Position numbers and translations under genes: made by a program. Source: Octopus sinensis (Eukaryota). From it: a stretch of DNA of 27,695 bases. The notes under the pieces are model-generated. The model made no database searches. It had not been told where the DNA came from and saw only the letters and a list, made by a program, of their open reading frames with translations. Within the stretch, counting starts at the first letter, position 1. Each line of letters begins with the position of its first letter. Shown one piece after another: positions 1 through 11,378 of this stretch. The stretch lies in the NCBI RefSeq assembly GCF_006345805.1, contig NW_021833513.1, positions 1-27,695 of the forward strand. Reading direction: 5' to 3'.

Positions 1-3000
1 AAACGAGTAAAAGAGTAACTTAACGGTTCGGCAAAAGAGGACCGATAGAATAAGTACTAGGCTTACAAAGAATAAGTCCCGGGGTCGATTTGCTCGACCT
101 AAAGGCGGTGCCTCAGCACGGACCACAGTCAAATGACTGAAACGAGGAAAAAGAGTAAACTTAACGGTTCGGCAAAAGAGACTGATAGAATAAGTACTAG
201 GCTTACAAAGAATAAGTCCTGGGGTCGATTTGCTCGACTAAAGGCGGTGCTCCAGCACGGCCACAGTCAAATGACTGAAACGAGTAAAAGAGTAAACTAA
301 CGGCGGCAAAGAGACTGATAGAATAAGTAGGCTTACAAAGAATAAGTCCTGGGGTCGATTTGCTCGACTAAAGCGGTGCTCCAGCACGGCCACAGTCAAA
401 TGACTGAAACGAGTAAAAGAGTAAACTTAACGGTTCGGCAAAGAGACTGATAGAATAAGTACTAGGCTTACAAAGAATAAGTCCTGGGGTCGATTTGCTC
501 GACTAAAGGCGGTGCTCCAGCACGGCCACAGTCAAATGACTGAAACGAGTAAAAGAATAAACTTAACGGTTCGGCAAAAGAGACTGATAGAATAAGTACT
601 AGGCTTACAAAGAATAAGTCCTGGGGTCGATTTGCTCGACTAAAGGCGGTGCTCCAGCACGGCACAGTCAAATGACTGAAACGTAGAGTAAAAGAGTAAA
701 CTTAACGGTTCGGCAAAAGAGACCGATAGAATAAGTACTAGGCTTAAAAAGAATAAGTCCTGGGTCGATTTGCTCGACTAAAGGCGGTGCTCCAGCACGG
801 CCTCAGTCAAATGACTGAAACGAGTAAAAGAGTAAACTTAACGGTTCGGCAAAAGAGACCGACAGAATAAGTACTAGGCTTACAAGAATAAGTCCTGGGG
901 TCGATTTGCTCGACTAAAGGCGGTGCTCCAGCACGGCCACGTCAAATGACTGAAACGAGAGTAAAGAGTAAACTTAACGGTTCGGCAAAAGAGACCGATA
1001 GAATAAGTACTAGGCTTACAAAAGAATAAGTCCTGGGGTCGATTTGCTCGATAAAGGCGGTGCTCCAGCACGGCCACAGTAAAATGACTGAAACGAGTAA
1101 AAGAGTAAACTTAACGGTTCGGCAAAAGAGACTGATAGAATAAGTACTAGGCTTACAAAGAATAAGTCCTGGGGTCGATTTGCTCTACTAAAGGCGGTGC
1201 TCCGCACGGCCACAGTCAAATGACTGAAACGAGTAAAAGAGTAAACTTAACGGTCGGCAAAAGAGACTGATAGAATAAGTACTAGGCTTACAAAGAATAA
1301 GCCGGGGTCGATTTGCTCGCTAAAGGCGGTGCTCCAGCATGGCCACAGTCAAATGACTGAAACGAGTAAAAGAGTAAACTTAACGGTTCGGCAAAAGAGA
1401 CTGATAGAATAAGTACTAGGCTTACAAAGAATAAGTCCTGGGGTCGATTTGCTCGACTAAGGCGGTGCTCCAGCACGGCCACAGTCAAATGACTGAAACG
1501 AGTAAAGAGTAAACTTAACGGTTCGGCAAAAGAGACTGATAGAATAAGTACTAGGCTTACAAAGAATAAGTCCTGGGGTCGATTTGCTCGACTAAAGGCG
1601 GTGCTCCAGCACGGCCACAGTCAAATGACTGAAACGAGTAAAAGAATAAACTTAACGGTTCGGCAAAAGAGACTGATAGAATAAGTACTAGGCTTACAAA
1701 GAATAAGTCCTGGGGTCGATTTGCTCGACTAAAGGCGGTGCTCCAGCACGGCCACAGTCAAATGACTGAAACGAGTAAAAGAGTAAACTTAACGGTTCGG
1801 CAAAAGAGACCGATAGAATAAGTACTAGGCTTAAAAAGAATAAGTCCTGGGGTCGATTTGCTCGACTAAAGGCGGTGCTCCAGCATGGCCACAGTCAAAT
1901 GACTGAAACGAGTAAAAGAGTAAACTTAACGGTTCGGCAAAAGAGACTGATAGAATAAGTACTAGGCTTACAAAGAATAAGTCCTGGGGTCGATTTGCTC
2001 GACTAAAGGCGGTGCTCCAGCACGGCCACAGTCAAATGACTGAAACGAGTAAAAGAGTAAACTTAACGGTTCGGCAAAAGAGACTGATAGAATAAGTACT
2101 AGGCTTACAAAGAATAAGTCCTGGGGTCGATTTGCTCGACTAAAGGCGGTGCTCCAGCACGGCCACAGTCAAATGACTGAAACGAGTAAAAGAGTAAACT
2201 TAACGGTTCGGCAAAAGAGACTGATAGAATAAGTACTAGGCTTACAAAGAATAAGTCCTGGGGTCGATTTGCTCGACTAAAGGCGGTGCTCCAGCACGGC
2301 CACAGTCAAATGACTGAAACGAGAAAAGAATAAACTTAACGGTTCGGCAAAAGAGACTGATAGAATAAGTACTAGGCTTACAAAGAATAAGTCTGGGGTC
2401 GTTGACTCGACTAAAGGCGGTGCTCCAGCACGGCCACAGTCAAATGACTGAAACGAGTAAAAGAGTAAACTTAACGGTTCGGCAAAAGAGACCGATAGAA
2501 TAAGTACTAGGCTTAAAAAGAATAAGTCCTGGGGTCGATTTGCTCGACTAAAGGCGGTGCTCCAGCACGGCCTCAGTCAAATGACTGAAACGAGTAAAAG
2601 AGTAAACTTAACGGTTCGGCAAAAGAGACCGACAGAATAAGTACTAGGCTTACAAAGAATAAGTCCTGGGGTCGATTTGCTCGACTAAAGGCGGTGCTCC
2701 AGCACGGCCACAGTCAAATGACTGAAACGAGTAAAAGAGTAAACTTAACGGTTCGGCAAAAGAGACCGATAGAATAAGTACTAGGCTTACAAAGAATAAG
2801 TCCTGGGGTCGATTTGCTCGACTAAAGGCGGTGCTCCAGCACGGCCACAGTCAAATGACTGAAACGAGTAAAAGAGTAAACTTAACGGTTCGGCAAAAGA
2901 GACTGATAGAATAAGTACTAGGCTTACAAAGAATAAGTCCTGGGGTCGATTTGCTCTACTAAAGGCGGTGCTCCAGCACGGCCACAGTCAAATGACTGAA

Positions 3001-4514
3001 CGAGTAAAAGAGTAAACTTAACGGTTCGGCAAAAGAGACTGATAGAATAAGTACTAGGCTTACAAAGAATAAGTCCCGGGGTCGATTTGCTCGACTAAGG
3101 CGGTGCTCCAGCATGGCCACAGTCAAATGACTGAAACGAGTAAAAGAGTAAACTTAACGGTTCGGCAAAAGAGACTGATAGAATAAGTACTAGGCTTACA
3201 AAGAATAAGTCCTGGGGTCGATTTGCTCGACTAAAGGCGGTGCTCCAGCAACGGCCACAGTCAAATGACTGAAACGAGTAAAAGAATAAACTTAACGGTT
3301 CGGCAAAAGAGACTGATAGAATAAGTACGAGGCTTACAAAGAATAAGTCCTGGGGTCGATTTGCTCGACTAAAGGCGGTGCTCCAGCACGGCCACAGTCA
3401 AATGACTGAAACGAGTAAAAGAGTAAACTTAACGGTTCGGCAAAAAAGAGACCGATGAATAAGTACTAGGCTTAAAAAGAATAAGTCCTGGGGTCGATTT
3501 GCTCGACTAAAGGCGGTGCTCCAGCACGGCCTCAGTCAAATGACTGAAACGAGTAAAAGAGTAAACTTAACGGTTCGGCAAAAGAGACCGACAGAATAAG
3601 TACTAGGCTTACAAAGAAAAGTCCTGGGGTCGATTTGCTCGACTAAAGGCGGTGCTCCAGCACGGCCACAGTCAAATGACTGAAAACGAGTGTAAAAGAG
3701 TAAACTTAACGGTTCGGCAAAAGAGACCGATAGAATAAGTACTAGGCTTACAAAGAATAAGTCCTGGGGTCGATTTGCTCGACTAAAGGCGGTGCTCCAG
3801 CACGGCCACAGTCAAATGACTGAAAACGAGTAAAAGAGAAACTTAACGGTTCGGCAAAAGAGACTGATAGAATAAGTATAGGCTTACAAAGAATAAGTCC
3901 TGGGGTCGATTTGCTCGACTAAAGGCGGTGCTCCAGCACGGCCACAGTCAAATGACTGAAACGAGGTAAAAGAGTAAACTTAACGGTTCGGCAAAAGAGA
4001 TGATAGAATAAGTACTAGGCTTACAAAGAATAAGTCCTGGGTCGATTTGCTCTACTAAAGGCGGTGCTCCAGCACGGCCACAGTCAAATGACTGAAACGA
4101 GTAAAAGAGTAAACTTAACGGTTCGGCAAAAGAGACTGATAGAATAAGTACTAGGCTTACAAAGAATAAGTCCCGGGGTCGATTTGCTCGACTAAAGGCG
4201 GTGCTCCAGCATGGCCACAGTCAAATGACTGAAACGAGTAAAAGAGTAAACTTAACGGTTCGGCAAAAGGGACTGATAGAATAAGTACTAGGCTTACAAA
4301 GAATAAGTCTGGGGTCGATTTGCTCGACTAAAGGCGGTGCTCCAGCACGGCCACAGTCAAATGACTGAAACGAGTAAAAGAGTAAACTTAACGGTTCGGC
4401 AAAAGAGACTGAGAGAATAAGTACTAGGCTTACAAAGAATAAGTCCTGGGGTCGATTTGCTCGACTAAAGGCGGTGCTCCAGCACGGCCACAGTCAAATG
4501 ACTGAAACGAGTAA
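1..4514 (+). repeat. 137-bp tandem satellite (~33 copies) derived from the 3' end of SINE family 1; runs off the window start
   Basis: Unit AAACGAGTAAAAGAGTAAACTTAACGGTTCGGCAAAAGAGACTGATAG...CAGTCAAATGACTG with period 137 (e.g. 2041 to 2178); matches the 3' part of dispersed SINE copies such as 16501-16648. Confidence 0.97.
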
Positions 4515-4670
4515 GTGGGTAAAATAGTAAATAGTAAAATAGTAATATTTACAAGCCTTATCATACGCCTAACTCTAATCTGAAATTTATCAATCCAGAA
4601 AGTGACCATCCTGGCTGTGTTAAAAAAAGTTTTAATTTACAATATCTCTAGAAGAATTTCTGTATCATCA

Positions 4671-5072
4671 TCTTTTACTTGTTTCAATCATTTGACTGCG
4701 GCCATGCAGGAGCACCGCCTTTAATCGAGCAACTCGACCCCGGGACTTATTCTTTTGTAAGCCCAGTACTTATTCTATCGGTCTCTTTTGCCGAACGGCT
4801 AAGTAACGGGGACATAAACACACCAGCATCGGTTGTCAAGCGATGGTGGGGGGGGGGGCAAACACAGACACACAAACACACACACGCATATATATATATA
4901 CATATATACGGCGGGCTTCTTTCAGTTTCCGTCTACCAAATCCACTCACAAGGCTTTGGTCGGCCCGAGGCTATAATAGAAGACACTTGTCCAAGGTGCC
5001 ACGTAGTGGGACTGAACCCGGAACCATGTGGCTGGTAAGCAAGCTACTTACCACACAGTCACTCCTACGCCT
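4671..5072 (-). mobile_element. tRNA-derived SINE family 1, full length
   Basis: On the - strand: head with A-box-like TGACTGTGTGG and B-box-like GGTTCAGTCCC, internal TA/TG microsatellite, AGTAAAAGA tail; homologous to six other copies in the window. Confidence 0.92.
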
Positions 5073-5179
5073 AAAATACTTCTAACAATGATTATACTGA
5101 TAAATCGAAACTCACTAGTAATGGTTATGGATTCGATTTTATATGTCCCAAATCTAAACGGAAAGGTAAATAAAAAAAA

Positions 5180-5939
5180 GGCGGCGAGCTGGCAGAATCG
5201 TTAGCACGCCGGGCGAAATGCTTAGCGGATTCAAATTTCGCCGAGGTCGTTTTTGCCTTTCATCCTTTCGGGGTCGATAAATAAGTACCAGTTACGCACT
5301 GGGGTCGATATAATCGACTTAATCCGTTTGTCTGTCCTTGTTTGTTCTCTCTGTGTTTAACCCGTTGTGGGTAGTAAAGAAATAGGTATTTCTTCTGTCT
5401 TTACGTTCTGAGTTCAAATTCCGCCGAGGTCGACTTTGCCTTTCATCCTTTCGGGGTCGATTAAATAAAGTACCAGTTGAGCACTGGGGTCGATATAATC
5501 AACTTAATCCGTTTGTCTATCCTTGTTTGTCCCCTCTGTGTTTAGCCCCTTGTGGCTAGTAAAGAAATGGGTATTTCGTCTGCCGTTACGTTCTGAGTTC
5601 AAATTTTGGCGAGGTTGACTTTGCCTTTCATCCTTTCGGGGTCGATTAAATAAGTAGCAGTTACGCACTGGGGTCGATGTAACCGACTTAATCCGTTTGT
5701 CTGTCCTTGTTTGTCCCCTCTGTGTTTAGCCCCTTGTGGGTAGTAAATAAATAGGTATTTTGTCTGTCTTTACGTTCTGAGTTCAAATTCAGCCGAGGTT
5801 GACTTTGCCTTTCATCCTTTCGGGGTCGATTAAATAAGTAGCAGTTACGCACTGTGGTCGATATAGTCGACTTAATCCGTTTGTCTGTCCTTGTTTGTCT
5901 TCTCTGTGTTTAGCCCCTTGTGGGTAGTAAAGAAATAGG
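5180..5939 (+). mobile_element. SINE family 2: one head plus four tandem ~184-bp bodies, flanked by a 17-bp direct repeat
   Basis: Head GGCGGCGAGCTGGCAGAATCGTTAGC; body (GAG)TTCAAATT...TCATCCTTTCGGGGTCGAT...AAGAAATAGG repeated four times; GGAAAGGTAAATAAAAA at 5160-5176 and 5938-5954. Confidence 0.88.
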
Positions 5940-6032
5940 AAAGGTAAATAAAAATCAGTAAGCGGCCATAACTACGGTGAGAGTAATTCTTTAATTTCAG
6001 ATATTAATGTTCACAAATATGAATATAATTAC

Positions 6033-6210
6033 GTGATAAAAGGTTATAATTATAAGTTAGTCTATAAAGTGAATAATTTAGGTTATTCTAATTTAGTTTT
6101 GAACAAGAGTAACAGTAATTGGTTTGTTATTCCTTATGACAGTCAATTAAAAAGTAACTTAGTTGCGGCGGTGTATAAATTGTTTTTAAAGCACTTTAAA
6201 AAAAAAACAC
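6033..6210 (+). pseudogene. Decayed Penelope-like element fragment (region between RT and GIY-YIG endonuclease)
   Basis: Translation NWFVIPYDSQLKSNLVAAVYKLFLKHF resembles the recalled PLE motif WFNPPY..NVKTNIG..FL.L..KHF. Confidence 0.45.
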
Positions 6211-6239
6211 AGATTATGCGATTTTGAATCCGAGATCCA

Positions 6240-6466
6240 TAAATCCTTTCGTTACCAACCCGGCTGAAACAGCTTCTGGCTCTGAGTAAAATGTCTTGTT
6301 TCATAAGTTTTCAATTAAAATCTTTCACCAAACCTTGGTCACAATTTATGTTGCTAGCAATAGCTGAATGATAACTAAGTTATTTCACTAAATTCTTTGT
6401 TATATTTAAAATTAATTGAAAGAAACATGGAGCATCTCAAAATAAATACAATAACGAAAGAGTTAA
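6240..6466. mobile_element. Short non-autonomous DNA element (piggyBac-like MITE)
   Basis: Ends TAAATCCTTTCGTTAC and ATAACGAAAGAGTTAA are imperfect inverted repeats of the TTAACCC type; TTAA at the right end. Confidence 0.5.
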
Positions 6467-7137
6467 AGTTGTTTTTCGGTCTCTAGAATCTATTTCAGAT
6501 TGCTTATTCTCTTAATGAAAAGAAATTATCCAGTTATCTAAGTCATCTCGAAGATAAAAACTGGATAATTTCCACGTTCTTCTTTCTCAAACGGCCATTA
6601 CTTTCCCCCACTCTCTCAGTCATGGCTATTACTCTCCCCGCCTCTCTTTCACTCTATTACTTTTTCTCTCCTCTCCCTTCACTCATACTACTCTCTCTCT
6701 CTCTCTCAATTAGCCGTTCTACCGTTTTCCATGTTGAAGGCTATTTTGTAAACAAAACATTTGTTTTTATTTTTATTTTCATTTTTATTTTCGTTTGATT
6801 TTACTATGCTATTAAGTTTAAATAAGCTCATTTATATATATGTATATTTTTTTAGTTTTGTATATCTGGAATTCTTGTAATCTTTCATTTATTTGTCCAA
6901 GTCCGAGCTACGAAAAATTCTTTATATATTTTTGCTGGTTGTAATCATTTATACCAGTATGTAATTCCTGACGAAGAATCTTCTTTGTATATCATGAAGA
7001 GTTTTTCGTCGTTGTCTTTGGAATTAATTAGACTCCGAAGCAATTTGTAGAATGTATCTTGGTTCTGTACCAACTTGGATTGGAATTGAATTAAAGTTCG
7101 TCTGCACTTACAATTTTTTCCTTTTCTTATACTCATT

Positions 7138-7186
<49 letters not shown>

Positions 7187-7190
<4 letters not shown>

Positions 7191-7955
7191 ACAATCAAGG
7201 AACGGCCATAATAGGCCATTCACCCACTAGAAATAACAGCCAAAGCTTCAACCGCAAAATAACATTAATTCCGCAAACCAGGAGAAAATTAAAAAACATT
7301 TACCCTGTAATTTCTATACGACGATGCACCGTTTCATCTACTGTTTAATGGTAAACTAACCTGATTAAATTAAATCAAGCCAATCTTCCATAGGCCCTTA
7401 GATTCGTCAGTAAGAAATAGCCAGATCGGAACAGATATTTTCACGAGGCATTTCTGTCCCTGCCTCGGCAATATCTGACCTAAAATTTTCAAATCATCGC
7501 ACTCGCGCCAAATTTATCTGGTGGCAAAAAAATTCTACAAAATTTTTTGCCACCCTATATTGATTAATTATGAATTTTCTGGTTGATTCCGTAATGGAAT
7601 CGGCGGCTTATATTTATTTGCTGCCGATAAATTTGGCGCGAGTGCGATGATTTGAAAATTTTAGGTCAGATATTGCCGAAGCAGGGACAGAAATGCCTCG
7701 TGAAAATATCTGTTCCGATCTGGCTATTTCTTACTGACGAATCTAAGGGCCTATGGAAGATTGGCTTGATTTAATTTAATCAGGTTAGTTTACCATTAAA
7801 CAGTAGATGAAACGGTGCATCGTATAAGAAATTACAGGGTAAATGTTTTTTAATTTTCTCCTGGTTTGCGGAATTAATGTTATTTTGCGGTTGAAGCTTT
7901 GGCTGTTATTTCTAGTGGGTGAATGGCCTATTATGGCCGTTCCTTGATTGTTGAT
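7187..7955. mobile_element. Fold-back/MITE-like element with ~330-bp near-perfect arms
   Basis: 7187-7518 is the reverse complement of 7626-7955; (TA)n lies directly to the left and about 100 bp to the right. Confidence 0.9.
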
Positions 7956-8052
7956 GTTGAACTTATAAATGGTCTATGACTATTTAATTTTTTCCCACTA
8001 GGCCGCTGGTGGCAAAAAAATTCTACAAAATTTTTTGCCACCCTATATTGAT

Positions 8053-8055
<3 letters not shown>

Positions 8056-8124
<69 letters not shown>

Positions 8125-8133
8125 ATATATAAT

Positions 8134-8210
<77 letters not shown>

Positions 8211-8255
8211 GTATAGTATATATATATATATATGTAATATATATATATATATATT

Positions 8256-8334
<79 letters not shown>

Positions 8335-8380
8335 CTATATATATATATATCTATATATCTAATCTATATGTATATATGTA

Positions 8381-8411
<31 letters not shown>

Positions 8412-8417
8412 GATGTA

Positions 8418-8459
<42 letters not shown>
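8056..8459. repeat. Degenerate (TA)n microsatellite
   Basis: Visible directly. Confidence 0.95.
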
Positions 8460-8461
<2 letters not shown>

Positions 8462-8630
8462 CGCAGGAGTGGCTGTGTTGTTGTAAGTAGTTTGCTAACC
8501 AACCACATGGTTCCGGGTTCAGTCCCACTGCGTGGCATCTTGGGCAAGTGTCTTCTGCTATAGCCCGGGCCGACCAATGCCTTGTGAGTGGATTTGGTAG
8601 ACGGAAACTGAAAGAAGCCTGTCGTATATG

Positions 8631-8661
<31 letters not shown>

Positions 8662-8855
8662 GTGTATATGTCTGTGTCTGTGTTTGTCCCCCTAGCATTG
8701 CTTGATAACCGATGGTGTGTTTATGTCCTCGTCACCTAGCGGTTCGGCAAAAAGAGACCGATAGAATAAGTACTGGGCTTACAAACAATAAGTCCCGGTG
8801 TCGATTTTCTCGACTAAAGGCGGTGCTCCAGCATGGCCGCAGTCAAATGACTGAA
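8460..8855 (+). mobile_element. SINE family 1
   Basis: GGCGCAGGAGTGGCTGTG head through CAGTCAAATGACTGAA. Confidence 0.92.
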
Positions 8856-8857
8856 GG

Positions 8858-8894
<37 letters not shown>

Positions 8895-9388
8895 TATAAT
8901 TAAGGGTATCTAAGAGATACCGCCATGTTAGATATAGCAGCCAAAATTTGGCTCTAAAACCACATTAATGTTCATACAGCACTTCTCTCCTGTACAACAA
9001 CTATTGAAAAGGTTGCAAGACGCAACGAAAATTTTAGGAAAAATTAAAGAAGGGAATGAGTGGAAACTTTACCGGTGCGTGTGTTAAATTATAAGGCACT
9101 GAAAGAGAATGGTTCTCCCCAGACACAACAGAATATGCTTCAACACACGAACTTATATAAAGAATCTTGCAAACCAAATCTCAAAACGAAATCGTTTTTG
9201 TTTTGTTTTAGTCGCAGTCCAAGTCAGACGTTTAGGTGATAAGTCAACTTTAGATTTAATTGTATGCAACTATCAGGTTACGGTATTAAACGAAATATTA
9301 CCTGAACTCTTTCTTTCTTTGTCTGTCTGTCTCTGTCTGTCAGTCTGTCTCTGTCTCTGTCTGTCTGTCTGTCTCCCTCTCTCTCTCT

Positions 9389-9434
<46 letters not shown>

Positions 9435-9502
9435 CATAATATATATATATATATAATAATAATATATATATTATATATATATATATATATAATATATATA
9501 TA

Positions 9503-9903
9503 CAGGAGTGGCTGTGTGGTAAGTAGCTTGCTTACCAACCACATGGTTCCGGGTTCAGTCCCACTGCGTGACACCTTGAGCAAGTGTCTTCTACTATAGC
9601 CTCAGGCCAATCAAAGCCTTGTGAGTGGATTTGGTAGACAGAAACTGAAAGAAGCCCGTCGTATATATGTATATGTATATATGCGTGAGTGTGTTTGTGT
9701 GTCTGTGTTTGTCCCCCTAGCATTGCTTGACAACCGATGATGGTGTGCTTATGTCTCCGTTACTTAGCGGTTCGGCAAAAGAGACCGATAGAATAAGTAC
9801 TGGGCTTACAAAGGAATAAGTCCCGGGGTCGAGTTGCTCGATTAAAGGCGGTGCTCCTGCATGGCCGCAGTCAGATGACTGAAACAAGTAAAAGAGTAAA
9901 AGA
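9503..9903 (+). mobile_element. SINE family 1
   Basis: Head, body and GAGTAAAA tail all present. Confidence 0.92.
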
Positions 9904-10216
9904 ATATACGCATGCACGCACACAAGCATAGTGAGATTTAGACTTAATAACCGGTGACCAGAACTCCATATATACTCATGTATATATAAAGAGGAGCTGA
10001 GAGGAGAACTTGTGCTGGTATTGTCTGAGTTTCGTTTGGTTGGTATTTACAGTTGTGTAGTTACGGAGTACATATGAAAAGCAAAACAATACAGAGTGTT
10101 TGTTTAAATAGTAGTTACATCATCTTACACGTATTTCATTAACAACTATTTATTTGAAGTAGCATTATCTGATAACAAAATCAAATCGTCAGAAATTTTA
10201 TAATAATCTTTAGTTA

Positions 10217-10625
10217 TACTCTTTACTCTTTTACTCTTTTACTTGTTTCAGTCATTTGACTGCGGCCATGCTGGAGCACCGCCTTTAATCGAGCAACCTG
10301 ACCCCGGGACTTATTCTTTTGTAAGCCCAGTACTTATTCTATCGGTTTCTTTTGCCGAACCGCTAGGTAACGGGGACATAAGCACACCACATCGGTTGTC
10401 AAGCAATGCTAGGGGGACAAACACAGACACACAAACACACACGCATATATATACATATATACGACGGGCTTATTTCAGTTTCCGTCTACCAAATCCACTC
10501 ACAAGGCTTTGGTCGGCCCGAGGCTATAGCAGAAGCCACTTGCCCAAGGTGCCACGCAGTGGGACTGAACCCGAAACCATGTGGCTGGTAAGCAAGCTAC
10601 TTACCACACAGCCACTCCTGCACCT
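10217..10625 (-). mobile_element. SINE family 1
   Basis: Reverse-complement full copy. Confidence 0.92.
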
Positions 10626-10759
10626 TATCTTAACATTTCATAGTAATCTTTAGTAAATCGTGTTAGATAGATGATAGAGTTGTTGTAGTTCAAATAACGA
10701 GTCTGAATCCTAAAAATAGCAAATGAATGTTACACATCCCCACACACGTTTCTTTGTAG

Positions 10760-10908
10760 CTTATCACGGCAAGATCTTAGTTTCTCTGGCATGGTTCTTC
10801 TCCATACTTTTCTCCATACCCATGTTTTTTATAACCAAAGAAGTGATGGAAGACGACGGCATCAACAAACAGTGTTGGATAGACTTCACAGAGGACTGGC
10901 AATGGCAG
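10760..10908 (+). CDS. CCAP-R: CCAP/NPS-type GPCR exon (TM4-ECL2)
   Basis: TTTGTAG acceptor, CAG|GTAAAC donor; encodes YHGKILVSLAWFFSILFSIP...KQCWIDFTEDWQWQ; phase 1 in, phase 0 out. Confidence 0.92.
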
Positions 10909-11148
10909 GTAAACACATAATCTTGATTGTTACATTTACCTAACACTAACTCTAACCCTATATGCACGAAGAGGTGAGCAGGTCCTGAAAAGTTCCTGGT
11001 TTTAAGGATATCGTTAAAGGCCTGTGTAGCGTATGTAAACAACATTTTTGTATATACAATATATATCATGGCAATCGCGACAATAGATCGTTAGCCACTA
11101 CACACATTTATTTTTCTCCTTGTTTCTCTCCTTGTTTTTTCAGTGTCC

Positions 11149-11184
11149 CTTTCTGTAGAAAAGCATAGGCTCGAAACGTTAAAG
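11149..11184 (+). ncRNA. Minimal type I hammerhead-like motif, copy 1 (degenerate stem II)
   Basis: CTTT-CTGTAGA-A-AAGC-atag-GCTC-GAAAC-GTT-AAAG. Confidence 0.4.
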
Positions 11185-11378
11185 ACTTTTCTATTCCTGA
11201 GCGTTATACTAATACATCTGTTTGTTTTGTACACCACCTGTCTTCGTCTGTTGTTTTTTTCGTAAACTCTTCCCATCTATTTTGTAAGCCTCATGTTCTT
11301 CAAAATCTGTCCAATTGTCCGTACATATTTACGAAGTGTTAGCTACACATTTTTTCTCTCCTTGTTTTTTCTGTGTCC

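Noticed and set aside
468-1488. Short - strand ORFs (RANRPQDLFF...)
   Set aside because: Chance readings of the satellite.
2043-2179. Hammerhead in the 137-bp unit (CTGATAGA...GAAAC)
   Set aside because: Core has an extra base, dispersed SINE copies read CCGATAGA, and no stem I or stem III pairing could be built.
1-4514. CRISPR-like array
   Set aside because: No unique spacers; pure tandem copies of SINE sequence in eukaryotic DNA with no cas genes.
4679-5085. ORFs over SINE copies (also 9532-9929, 10243-10653, 16145-16660, 26481-26777)
   Set aside because: Antisense or sense translations of non-coding SINEs.
6522-6572. 14-bp inverted repeat
   Set aside because: Short and AT-rich; no further support for a function or an element.
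6945-7136. Possible missing GPCR TM3 exon or transposase
   Set aside because: Wrong strand for the GPCR, no DRY-like motif, stop codons in the extension and no recognisable domain.
8009-8388. YI-, YLSI-, poly-I/M-, MYVC- and poly-T/V-type ORFs (also 17107-17625, 18962-19685, 20312-20978, 23413-24411, 25037-25689)
   Set aside because: Microsatellite artefacts.
8460-8535. tRNA genes at SINE heads (also 22050-22117)
   Set aside because: A/B boxes are present but they continue into SINE bodies and I see no complete cloverleaf.
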